Assembly: GCA_951406725.2 (NCBI GenBank)
Contig: OX597830.1
Location: 24,490,001-24,554,000 of the forward strand
Direction of reading: 5' to 3'
Length of the DNA stretch: 64,000 nt
DNA from: Octopus vulgaris
Taxonomy: Eukaryota
Part shown: positions 50,898 to 63,559 of the stretch, piece by piece
Position numbering within the stretch: the stretch's first letter is position 1
Layout of the letters: the number at the start of each line of letters is the position of its first letter
The notes under the pieces: generated by a model
What the model was told of the DNA's origin: nothing
The model's input: only the letters and a program-made list of their open reading frames with translations
Databases searched by the model: none
Program-made: the position numbers and the translations under genes

Positions 50898-51760
50898 CTG
50901 TGACTATTGACTTGGTCAATACTTCCCTTTGATTATAGTGGGTGGTCCCACTAATGCCCTCATTAGCAACATGCATGAACTGCAGGCACTAAAGTCTAAT
51001 CCTGGAGTGACTCCCACTGCCTCACCAAGGGAACATGTATACCACCTATTGTCAAATCTGGTGCTTTTGTCTATATTTATTATTAATAGCCCTAATCATT
51101 ATACAGGGATCCTGTGGGCAGGATCTCCATGCTGAGAGCTAATCTTTCAGCATATTGTATGTAACATAGCCGTCCTGCTGAATAGTCATCAGAATGACTT
51201 GTCCTTAATGCTCACGGCATCTAGCACTGCACTCACAGGCCAGCACCAGGCACCACAGGCACCAATTGGGAGTCCATGCACTTCTACCAGCTGATCAAAC
51301 TCTTGCAACAGTAATGGTATGAGCAGCTGATACTTGCGCACTTTCTTGAGATGCCTCTTTTAAGGCATCTCCTTGCTCCAACGTTGACTACTACCTTCTA
51401 TTAGGTCACGTTGACTACTACTCAGGACGACTAAATACTATCAACCTAGAGCCTCATTAATGTAAGAAGACTCCACACTGATTATAATCAGCAGCCTCTT
51501 TCACTATCAGGCTACAGATGCTATGTCTAATAAGTCATGGCCCTTAAGAACGCCACAAACTCCACTGATGTGAGAGATCATCTCTGCCCCTACTCTATGC
51601 CTTGGACACATGGAGTGCCCTTAGCCACCACGTGTCAAGGTCTCTCAGGTGGGAAATACATTGGAGCGCATCTTGAGAAGACTCAAGAAGCACTTCTCTG
51701 TAATCCCATCTGGTCTTCTGATCCAATTATTGCCAATTGTATCCCCATGAAACACTGCCT
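50898..51760 (-). mobile_element. R2 non-LTR retrotransposon, 5'-truncated (zinc knuckle, RLE endonuclease, 3' UTR)
   Basis: Frameshift-corrected minus-strand translation FHGDTIGNNWIRRP..LKMRSNVFPT*ETLTRG..CPR..AEMISHISGVC..IRH..VVVNVT..KKVRKYQ..VHGLPIGACGAW; the 3' end abuts the 28S target. Confidence 0.88.
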
Positions 51761-54700
51761 CATGATAGATTTAAAATCAAGTAAAAGGCAGCCGTAAGCC
51801 CTTCAGAGTTGGACTTAATCCACCTTTTATTCCCTGAAGAATAACTTACATAGACTTAGGTGTTTCCATGTTGGATAATATTTACTACAATCAAAATACA
51901 CCAAAAGGATCCAGTCAGCAGTCACCTTCAGTGCATTGTTCCATTGCAAGTTTGTCAGATGAAGGGTTCAGTTGATAGTCTGCTGTCAGTTATTCTGTCA
52001 CCAGAGTCCTTCTACTTAAAAGCTTGCCTGACAAGTCTATTTATCAGTGGTCTTATGACATGCTGCACCTAACTTCATTGGTGCCTGTAATTGGTGGACA
52101 ATAAGCTATGATCTTCTCTTTCACCTCCACTCGATGTGTAGTTCTTGGAGGCATTTGCTGCCAATCAACAATGTGCAGTTTTTCTTGACCAGTTTTCAGG
52201 TGCAGTATTTCTCAGCTACAGAGTGGAAAGAACCTTGTTATAGAAATGTGTTTGGAGTATTTTTCAAGCAAGTTTCTTGTTCTATATTTTAACTAAGCTC
52301 ACTGAATGCACCTGATGCTATTCTCATTCTGCAATTGACTTGTTTTCCAGGTTTTCTTTGCAGCTAATAAAGCTCCCATGATTGGTTTAAGATGTCTACC
52401 ACTTTTGTTTCCTACTGGTTGATGCTTCTGTGAGAGTGGAATGTTTCTTAGTCATGTTTCAGGTCTTTGTGCCTTTGTTGAAAACCTCAAAAAGTTTTAT
52501 TTCCTACTGGTTGAATTTGTGACAGTGGAGTATTTTTCCCTGTCAACATGTTTCTGATCTTCTTGGTGCCTGTGTTGAAGCCAATGCTTGCTGAAGTGCT
52601 GAAATCACTGAGCACTATCTGGAGGCCTAGTGTGTGTTCTGCTAATGCAGTCGTGTCATTTGCAAAATCCAGGTCCACCATTTTTTTTTTTTTTTTTTTT
52701 TTTGCCAGCCACCAAATCCATTAACCTAGAATTGCTTTCCTCTGGATGCAATACAAAGGTGATCAGCAATAAGTCCCCCCCCCATCAGATACTATGAACA
52801 TTTTCAAGCCAGTCCCACTGTCCATCTTCTGTTCTTATACAGCAATTTTAATCGACATAGGTTTGCTGTTCTTAGTCTCTACCACATCACTTGTGAATGT
52901 TGTCTCCAGCTCAAAAGCAAAAATCTCCATCCACACTTTGCCAGAAGTCTTTGTACATGCCAACTCTGACACAGTACCCAGTTGAGTGTCCCTGCATAAG
53001 TTCACGGACATATGTCATGCATAATGTCCCCATGGGATTATATGAATAAAAGCACAGACGGGGTGATCTACTCAACAAAACAGGGCCAGTGAATTTTAGC
53101 TGATTTTGTCTGGCTGATGGGTAAGACTTATCCCTTTAGTAACTTATTTGACATATGGTAGGTTTAAAAAGTATTAATAGTTATGCACTGAAGTTGAGTG
53201 GATGTGCTGTTAGGTAACTGAATGTTAGTCCCTTATGATGGGCCAACAGCAGAGCCATAGAGCAGACCAGATTCTACTCATAACAGTGTTTAATTTTAGG
53301 TCATGATTAATTTTGTGTGTGCCATGTCATCTTCACTCCTCAAATTTGATGGCTCAATAAGCAGGACTTCTATAGAGAACCCGTCACATTCATCTCTATT
53401 ACATCCATCTTTTTACTACTCAAACACTATGTATAATCGCATTTTCCCTTCCACTAAGATCACTACAGTTAAAACATTCAGTTGAATCCACTCCAGTCAG
53501 TTGTTGGTACTTTTACATCCTTTCATGCATGCTTTTTACTGGAGACACTACTTCATGTATTCAGACTAGGATTCATCTGAGGGTTGCCCTTCATAGTATC
53601 ATGTTTAAAAACATCATGACAATGGCCCTTCTTCATGCCTTAACATGTGAAAAATGAAAAAAAAGGGAAAACTGCATAATTTAAGTAAAGTGCATATTGC
53701 ACTGATATATTAGCATTATTATTGTTATGCATTAATTGTATATGTTGCAGTTTTGCAGAAAATCCCCTTGCTCTGTTTCTCTAATATCTCCCAGAAGTCT
53801 CACATCAAATGTTTCCAAAAGCATACTTCTCTACGAAGTATTATCAAAATTGGTTTCACAAGAACTCCAGCATAATTTGCTGGAAGACCACAAACCACTA
53901 TCTCTATATAATACTTCACGATAGTTTTAAAAACAAGAAAAAGGCAATTGCAAGCACTTCAGCACTAGGCTTAATCTACATTTAATTTCCTGAAGAACAA
54001 CTTACGTAGACTTGGGTGCTTTCAGCCTGGGTAATGCCTACTACAGTCAAAATACTCGAAGGTCCAGTCAGGAGCCACTTTCAATGCATTGGTCCATTGC
54101 ATGTTTATTAGATGAAGGTTTTGGATGATTGCCAGTTTGAAATAATCTTGGATTGTCACCAAAGGTTTCTACTTAAAATCTTTCCTGACAAGTCTGTTCA
54201 TCAGTGGTCTTATGATACGGCCCAGCCAACTTCATCAGTGCCTGTAATTGGTGGACAGTAGGCTATGGTCTACTCTTAAACCTCCACTTGATGTCTAGTA
54301 TTTTCTGGAAGTATTTGCTGTCAACAATGTCCAATTTCTTTTCTTGGCTGGTTTTCAGGTGCTGTACTTTTCAGCTATAGTGGAAAGAACATTGTTATAG
54401 AAGTGTTTGGCGTATTTTTCAAGCAAGTTTCTTACTCCAGAGTCTTACTCTAAAGTCACTAAATGGATCTGATACCATTCCCACTCTGCAATTGGTTTTT
54501 TCCAGGTCTTCATTGCAGCTAATAAGCTCTCATGATTGGTTTAAGATGTCTTCTACTTTTATTTCCTTCTGGTTGATGTTTCTTTGTTAGTGTAGTGTTC
54601 CCAGTCAACATGTTTTTGGTCTTCTCAGTGTCTGTGTTGAGGCCTATAGGTGAAGTGCTGACATCACTGAGCAGTATCTGGAGGACCAGTTTGTATTCTA

Positions 54701-56492
54701 TTAATGCAGCGAGGTCATCTGCAAAATCAGTCTTAAATTTTTTTTCCCTGTTAACCGCTGAATCCCTTAACCTACAGTTGCTTTTTTTCTGGATGCAATA
54801 CAAAGGGGATCAGCTATAAGTACCCCCCTCCCGCCGTCAGATGCAGCATAGGTTTGTTGTTCTTAGTGTATACCACATCACTTGTGAATGTTGTCTCCAG
54901 CTCAATAGCAAAAATCTCCCAGACTTTGAAAGATTTTGCCAACTCTGATACAATACACAGTTGCACTGACAAGGTGATCTGTTCAACAAAATGGGGTTGG
55001 TGTATTTTACCTGTCTTTGTCTACTTTTTATACTTACTATATGGTTAAGTATCTCCCAAATAAGTCACTATATGGTTAAGTATCTTTTTATACTTACTAT
55101 ATGGTTAAGTATATCCCAAAGGCTATGCACAGAAGTTGTGTAGTGACTGAATGTTGGTCTTTTATGGTGGGCCAACAACAGAGCCATAGAGCAGAATGGA
55201 ATCGTTTCAGGTCATGTGACTATTGTGATCCTTTTGAAATTTTGTTTTTGTATGTGTGCCAAGCCATCCTCGCTCATCGAACCTGATGGTTGAATAAGCC
55301 AGACTTCCATAGAGACCCTTTCAGATTTGTCTTTTACATAAGCACTATAATTGCATATTCCCTTCCATTAAGATCACCACTGTTGAAACCTTCAGTTGAA
55401 TCAACTCCAGTCAGTTGTTGGTATTTTTATGTCCATGCATGCTTTTTTCTGTGAATACTGTTCATGTATTCAGACTAGGATCCATCTGAGGGTAACTCTT
55501 CCTTGTAAGAATAGCTTACATAGATATAGGTGCTATCATGTTGGGTAATGCATACTACAGTCAGTACTCCAAGATCCAGTTGTCAGCCACTTTCAGTACA
55601 TTGTTTCATTGCAAGAATATCAGATGAGGTCCTGGTTGATTGTCTGTTCATCTTGAACTGTCACCAGAGGGTTCTACTTAAAGGCTTACTTGACAAGTCT
55701 GCTCATCAGTGGTCTTACGACATGCCCCAGCCATCTTCATCAGTGCCTGCAACTGGGGGAGAGCAAATTTTGATCTGCTCTTTGACCCCCACTTGACAGC
55801 TAGTATTTCCTGGAAGCATTCGTTGTCAATCAACAATGTTCAGTTTTCAGGTGCTGTTTTTCTCAGCTTATCTCACCATTATGATGTTCTTCATGTCAGA
55901 TTTTCAAGGTAGAGAACCTGTTACTTAGCAGTTCTCAAATTTTGTTTGAGGCTCACTCCTTGAATCTACTGATGTGAAATAACTTTACTGTGAATGCTTT
56001 TATGAGTGACTCTTGATGCTTGGACCAGTCTTCAGCATTAAAACTCATAGCAGTATAGTTGAAGTAAAGTGCACATCTCCTGTATATATTCTCTCTTTAT
56101 TTACATGAAAATGACTTATATTGAGAGGTAATTGATTTGCATTCATGCAACCAATAACAGCAGTGAGTTTGTATGTACACATCAGGTTGTCTTCACTCGT
56201 TAAACCTGATGGTTCAATAAGCTGGACTTCTGTAGTAAACTCTTAACGTTAGCTGTCTATATTGCATCCATTTCTATACTAAACATATTGTATAATCACA
56301 TTCCATTCCACTAAGATCACCACTACAGACATTCAGTTGAATCAACTCCAGTCAGTTGTTGGTACATATACGTCCATGCATGCCTTTTGCTGTGGACACA
56401 ATGCTCCGTTTATTCAGGTAAGGATTCATCTGAGGGTAACTCTTTCTTGTATTACATGTTTAAAAACATCATGGCAATGGCCCTTCTTCATG

Positions 56493-57185
56493 GTGTGGGT
56501 TAGGCTGAGGGTTGGGGTATGTGGGTAGGCAGAGGGTGGGGTATGTGGGAGAGGGTGTGAGAGATGGGATGGGGTGGGCTTATGGGAGAGGGTTGATGAA
56601 GGGGCAAGGGGAAGGTGGTATGTAGGAAGAATAGGGGTGAAGAGAAGTAGGAGCAAGAGAGGGGAGGTGGGTGGGAGGAAGTAGGAGGGAGGGGAAGAGG
56701 TTAGATGAAGAGAGGAGTTGAGCCCAGATAGCATAAAGGAGCGAAGTGAGAAGATTAATCCCTGTTCACGGCACAAATGGGAGTCAGGATGGCCTCTATG
56801 CAAGGACAATCCGAACACGGACAGGTGTTGCAAAGAGTGACTGGTACAGCAGAAATGGTGTGTGACCGGGGTGCCATTGCCGAGGCGGATGTCTTGGAGG
56901 TGTTCCACGAACCGGTCAGCCAAGCGGCGTCCCATTTGTCCGATGTACAGAGAATGGCAGAGAGCAGGAGATGCAATAGATGATATTGGTAGAGGTGCAG
57001 GTGAAGGAGTCGGTGATGCGATAGGGTCGATGATGGGTGCCGGTGAGGAGGGTGGTGTTGGAGAGGTAAGGGCAAGTGCGGCAGCATGGGCAGGAGCAGG
57101 GGAACTATCCAGGTTGGGAGGTAGGGTTGGGGAAGAAGCTGTGGACCAAGAGGTCTCGTAGGTTGTGGGCTCGTTTGAAGGGCAA
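56493..57185 (-). mobile_element. Penelope-like GIY-YIG C-terminal fragment with pyrimidine-rich 3' region
   Basis: ORF 56426..56935 MGRRLADRFVEHLQDIR..THHF..EQGLIFSL..GLN; inserted into one array unit. Confidence 0.85.
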
Positions 57186-60100
57186 TCACAAGCTCTCCAA
57201 AGTGAGGCTTAGACCCACATTTATTCCCTGAAAAATAACTTGTGTTGGGAAATGCATATTGCAGTCAACGAACTCTGAAGATCCAGTCAGTGGCAAATCT
57301 ACAGTGCATTGTTCCATTGTAAGTTTATCAGATGGTCTTGGTTGATTATCTGACATCAGATCCTCTTTGGCTGTCCCAAGAGGGTTCTCCTTGACAAGTC
57401 TGTTCATCAGTGGTCTTATGACATGGCCCAGCTAACACTGTGCTTGTAGTTATAGTAGATCCTGCTCTTTGATCTTCGTATTGCTGATAGACATTCCACT
57501 TGATGTCTGATATTTCCTGGAGGTATTTGCTGTCAATCAACGAAGTCCAATTACTTTTCTTGGCTGATTTTCAGTTGCTGTATTTCTCAGTTATCGAGTG
57601 GAAAGCACATGGCTGTAGAACTAAATTTGGTTTATATTTTTAGAAGTTTGCTTTCGATTTTAACTAAGCTCTCTGAATGCACCTGATGCTATTCTCACTC
57701 TGCAATTGACTTGTTTTCCAGGTTTTCTTTGCAGCTAATAAAGCTCCCATGATTGGTTTAAGATGTCTACCACTTTTGTTTCCTACTGGTTGATGCTTCT
57801 GTGAGAGTGGAATGTTTCTTAGTCATGTTTCAGGTCTTTGTGCCTGTGTTGAAAACCTCAAAAAGTTAAAACAAAACTGTATAAATGAAGTGCTCATTAC
57901 ATGTAAACGCTTCTTGTCTCTTAAAGAAATGATTTATTAGCATTGTTATGCATTCATTGTATATGTTGAATTTATGCAGAAAATGCCACTCTCCTGCTTG
58001 TCTATGATCTCCCAGAAGTCCCATAGCAAATGACATTGCTGCCAAAAGCATCCTTCTCTATGAAAGAATATCAAAATTGGTTTCACAAGAACTCCAACAT
58101 AATTTGCAGGGGTGCCCACATAACACTCACTGAATTTTTCACAATAGCTTTAAAAGCATAAAAGCAAACACAAGCTCTTCAGAGTCAGGCTTAATTCACA
58201 TTTATTTTCCTGAAGAATAATTTATGTAGACTGAGGTGCTCTCATGCTGGGTAATGCTTCCTACAAAGTACTCCCAGTCAGCAACCACATACAGTGCATT
58301 GTTCCATTGCGTGTTTATCAGATGAAGGTCATGGTTGATTGTCTGGTTTGAGATAATCTTGGGCTGTCACCACAGGGTTCTGGTTAAAGGCTTACTTGAC
58401 AAGTCTCTTCATCAATGCTCTTACGACATGACCCAACCATCTTCATCGGTGCCTGCAATTGGGGGACAGTAGGCTATGGTCTGCTCTTTGACCTCCACTT
58501 GATGTAAAAATTTCCTGAAGGAATTTGCTCTCAATCAACAATGTGCAGTTTCTTTTCTTGGCTGGTTTTAAGGTACTGTACTTCTCAGCTACAGAGTGAA
58601 AAGAACCTTGTTATAGAAATAAGTTTGGAGTATTTTTCAAGCAAGTTTCTTGTTTTAGATCTTAACTAAACCTACTGAATGCATCTGATGCAATCCCACT
58701 CTGCAATTGGCTGTTTTCCAAGTTGGTCTTCATTGCAACCGATAAAGCTCCCATGATTGGTTTAAGATGTCTACCCCTTTTAGTTCCTTCTGGTTGATGT
58801 TTCTGTGTTACTGTGTTTTCTAACCAACGTTTTTGGTCTTCAGGGCTTCCTTGGCAAGTCTTTTAATCAATGGTCTTATTACATGGCCCAACCAACACAA
58901 TCAGTGCTTGTAGTTGGTGGACCGTAGTCTCTCTGCTCTTTGACCTCATTGCTGATAGATATTCCACTTGATGTCTAGTATTTCCTGAAGATATTTTCTG
59001 TCAATCAACAATGTCCGGTTTCTTTTCTTGGCTGGCTTTCTGGTGTCCTACTTATCAGCTATCGAGTGTAAAGCACATGGCTATAGAACTACGGTACATT
59101 TGGAGTATATTTTAGTTCCTTGTTCTAGATCTTAACTAAGCCCACTGAATGCATCTGATGCCATTCCCACTTTGCAGTTGGCTTTTTTTCCGGGTCTTCA
59201 TTGCATTTAATGAAATTCCAATGATTAGATTAAGATGTCTACCTCTTTTAGTTCCTTCTGGTTGTTTCTGTGAGACTGTAATCTGTTTCCCAGTCAACAT
59301 GTTTTTGGTCTTGGTGCTCGTACTGAGGCCCATACATGCTGGTACTGACATCACTGAGCAGTATCTGGAGGCACCGTGTGTATTCTGCTAATGCAGTGAT
59401 GTCATCTGCAAAATCAGTTTACCAATTTTTTTTTTCCTGTCAACTACTGAATCCCTTAACCTAGAGTTGATTTCCTCTGGATGCAATACAAAGGGATCAG
59501 CAATAAGAACCCCTGTCAGATGCAACATCATCCCAGTCGCAGTCCATCTTCTGTTCTTGTACAGCAATTTGAATCGACATAGGTTTGTTGTTCTTGGTCT
59601 ATGCCACATCAATTGTGAATGTTCTCTAGGTTAAGAGCAAAAATCTCCCTCCAGACTTTGCAAGAAGACTTTGTACATGCCAACTCTGATACAATACACA
59701 GTTGCATATCCCTGCATAAGTTCAGACATATTATGCAGAATGTCCCCATGGGGTTATAGAAAGTACAGACAGGGTGATCTGTTCAACAAAATGGGACCTG
59801 TGAGTTTTATCTATGGCTGATGCTAATCCATATAGTGACTTATTTGACGTATGGTAGGTATAAAACGTATTAAAGGCTATGCACAGAAGTCGAGTATGTG
59901 CTGTTTAGTGATTGAATGTTGGTATCTTATGGTTCAATAAGCAGGACTTCCATAGAGAACCCTTCACATTTGTCTTTTACATCCATCTCTTTACTACACA
60001 TACACTATGTATAATTATATATTCCCTTCCACTAAGATCACCTAAGTCTATGTAAGTTGACTAATGCATACTACGGTCAAAGTACTGCAAGATCCAATCA

Positions 60101-60669
60101 GTAGCCATCTTCTGTGCATTGCTCCACTGTAAGTTTATCAGCTGAAGGTCTTGGTCAGTTAGGGTTGGATCATCTTGGGCTGTCACCAGAGGGTTCTTCT
60201 TAGACTTGGTTGGCAAGCCTGTTCATCAGTGGCCTTATAACCTGCCCTAGACAACAGTCAGTGCCTGTAGTTCGTGGACAATAGATTGTTTTGCTCTTTG
60301 GACTCCTTGTTGGTGATGGACATTCCACTTGATGTCTAATATTTCCTGGATGCATCTGCTATCATCAATGTCCAGTTATTTTTCTTGACTGATTTTCAGG
60401 TACTGTATTTCTCAGCTACAGTGGAAAGCACTTTATAGAGCTGCATTTGGAGTACATTTTAGTTTCTTGTTCTAGATTTTAACCATTCACTGAATGCATC
60501 TGATGCCATTCCCACTGTGCAATCGAGTTTTTTCTTCCGGATCTTCTTGGCAGCTAATAATGCTCCCATAATTGGTTTAAGATGTCCACCTCTTTTATTT
60601 CCTTCTGGTTGATGTTTCTGTGGTAGTGGAGTCTTTCCCCCAGTTAATGTTTTAGGTCTTCTGGCATAG

Positions 60670-61530
60670 CTATGAGAATAAGATTAGGTTGGGTAAAGTT
60701 CAGAGCTCCTACCTCTGCTGACAACAAAGGCCCTCTCTCAGAGTGAAAAGCAGATTCTTTGATGCCTGTGTGTGAACAGCTATGCTGCATGGCAGTGAAA
60801 CATGGGCTACAACAACCAAGGACATGTATAGGTTTGATAGGAATGAAGCTAGTATGCTAGAGAAAAGATATGCATAAGTGGAAACAGATGTGTGCAAGAG
60901 AGGTTGTGTTGGCATGATCACATGCATATGGACAAGAACAGCTGTGTCAAGAGGTGTTGATCTCTAGAAGGAACTTGTGGTAGAGATAGACCCTGGTAGG
61001 TATTGGATTAGGTGGTAAAGCATGATCTTCAAACTTTGAGCCTCACAGAGATAATGACTAGTGACCAAGACCTTTGGTGATACGCTGTGCTTGAGAAGAC
61101 CCATTGAGCCAAGTGCACCCATACTGGTGACAGGTAAAGAATCAACTTTTGAGTATTAGGCCTCACAAAGGCGAGGTGGCCGAGTACCATTTGAGCATTG
61201 AGCTGAATGGAGGTAGTGGTAGTTTCTTTCGAGTGTTGGGCTTCAGGGGCAATGACCAAGACTATTAAGCCAAGCAAAACCAGTCATGGCAGATATGAGT
61301 GTGCCACAAATTGTCACCCATGCTGGTGGCATATAAATGCACCTCGGTGTCATGCAAATGGTATGCAAAAGCACCCATTACACTCTTGGAGTGGTTGATG
61401 TTAGGAAGGGCATCTAGCTGTAGAAATCCATGGCAAATCAGACTGGAGTCTGGTGCAGCCTTCCTTCATGCCAGCCCAGTCAAACCGTCCAACTCATATC
61501 AGCATGGACAATAGACGTTAAATGATGGTG
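60670..61530 (+). mobile_element. RTE LINE 3' portion with tail
   Basis: Decayed W.KF.ELLPLLTTK.LSLRVK..DACV.TAMLHGSETW; ends GGACAATAGACGTTAAATGATG. Confidence 0.8.
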
Positions 61531-63009
61531 CTTATGCTGAGACCTATACCTGCTGAAGTGTTAACATCACTGAGCAGTATCTGGGATGGGGTGGGGGCGT
61601 TGTGTCTATTCGGATAATACAGTGATGTCATCTGCAAAATCCAGGTCTACCAATTTTTTTTTTTCCTGTCAACTACTGAATCCCTTAACCTACAGTTGCT
61701 TTCTTCTGGATGCAATACAAAGGGGATCAGCAATAAGTACCCCTATCAGATACTTGGAATAACTTCAAACCAGTCCCATTGTCTCGCTTCTGCTCTAATA
61801 CAACAATTCGAATTGGCATAAGTTTGCTCTTTTTCGCCTGTCACACCACTTGTGAATGTTGTCTCCAGCTCACGAGATAAATCTCTCTCCAGACTATTTT
61901 ACATCAATTTCTATACTACATATGCGCGCGCGCACACACACACACGGTGTAAAATCTTTGATGATCTTTTCCAACTCAACCAATTTTGTTGCTGTGGTTG
62001 CTTATAATTGGTACTTGTATACCTATGGATTTTTTTTTTGTTGAGAACACTCTGCTTTAAGTGGTCAGACCTGGATTCATCTGAACATAACTTTTCCTTG
62101 ATTCAGATGTTAGAAACATAGCAATGGTCCTTCTTTATGGCTTAACCTCTCCGCCCCACCCCCAGCACACACAAAAAAAAAAATTAGATATATACAGTTT
62201 GTGTAACGAGTCTCTTTTGGTGCTTAAACCATTGCACACAATGTTAAAACTCAAAGCAATGTAATTGTAGTAAAGTATACACATGAATATATTATAGTCT
62301 GTGCTGTCCCTTGAAATTGATTTTAAATATTTTAAACTTTGAAGTGATTGGCTTAGGAAGCAGAGAAGAATGCAAATAGTTATATTTTTTTCTCATTAAA
62401 ATTCTCAGTGCTAGATTTAGAGGAAGTTTTTGCATTTTGTAAACTCCTTTATATGAGCAACTCTAGCAGAAAATAATCAGTTTATCAATTTAATTTCTTC
62501 AAATGGGTTTTTCAAGATTTTATTCTTGCTATAATTTGTAAACTTTTCTATGCAAACTTCATGGTAGGTATCAAATCAACATTGTTGCATATCTTTTGAC
62601 TACGTTATTTTGTAGCTTCTTAGTATTTTTGTTTTTATATTTCATTAGGACTTTCCCTAAATAATCCCAGATCACTTAAAACAAGAAATCCATTCACGCT
62701 GCAGAATACAGTGCAGCTGTATCCTTGGCAGGCTCTCTACAGCAAAGCCATCAGCTAGAGTGGTATGTTTGAACAATGCTGACTTACCTATTAAAACAAA
62801 TGACCTCATAAAAGTGAGTGGGGTTATTGATACCAGTTATATTAACAAGGATTTGATCCTGGATCTTGCCAACTATGAAGTATTAGTCTTCCAAAATAAC
62901 TCTTAGCATGGGAAGTGGGGAAGCCTTTTGATCTGGCTGATCCCTGTTTACAACTAACCAGTGCTGGATAAGGTCATTTTGAACTTGATATATTTTTGCA
63001 TATTTTGTA

Positions 63010-63500
63010 TTCTTCATCTATCATTTTGAATCCAGGTTTTGTCCTCATTAATGGGATAGCCGAATCTACTTCAATGCCATAGCAACTGCTCACACCATCT
63101 CGCCATCTTTCCCAGTTTGGGGCCAACCCTCCCAATCTCCTCTTCCACCTGTCCCCTCCACATTTTCCTTGGTCTACCTCTTTTTCACTGTCCATTTACC
63201 TCAAACTCTAGCACCCTCTTCAGAACATGCTCCTCATACCCCCTCAACACATGCCCATAACACTGCACTCCATTTGCCCTTGCCAGCTGTTCCACTGATT
63301 CCTCTAACCCCAACATCCCTAGCAAGTTCTCAGTCCTCCTTTTATCAAACAGCCTCATACCACACATTTTCAGTTCTTCTCAAAATTGCCATCTCTCTCT
63401 CTCTCTCTCCCTCAAACACCAGGTCTCACTCCCATACAGCATAGCAGGTCTCACACTACTCCTATAGTCTTTCCTTTCATCGCCAATGAGAACTTTTTTC
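63010..63500 (-). mobile_element. RTE LINE C-terminal remnant
   Basis: Minus strand AMLYGSETW, ORF 63185..63367 (..ANGVQCYGHVLR..VLKRVLEFEVNG), then KRGRPR. Confidence 0.8.
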
Positions 63501-63559
63501 CCATATAACAATTGTTGCTAATATTATGTCACTTCTATAATCGTTATAATACTGCTGGG

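Larger units (their letters stand above)
49780..62290 (-). repeat. Degenerate tandem array (about 5-6 copies) of a ~2-2.3 kb unit containing an antisense RTE LINE 3' half
   Basis: Recurrent markers: GACTAGGATTCATCTGAGG (~49786, 53565, 55474, 56420, 62070), GATCCAGTCAG (~51908, 54061, 55572, 57279, 58272, 60091), GATTGGTTTAAGATGTC (6x), TGCAATACAAAGG..GATCAGC (4x). Minus strand has RT DFADD-like and C-terminal RWLGHV motifs. Confidence 0.85.

Noticed and set aside
51830-51870. CTGAAGA motif repeated in array units as a hammerhead core
   Set aside because: No stem II or GAAA follows in any copy.
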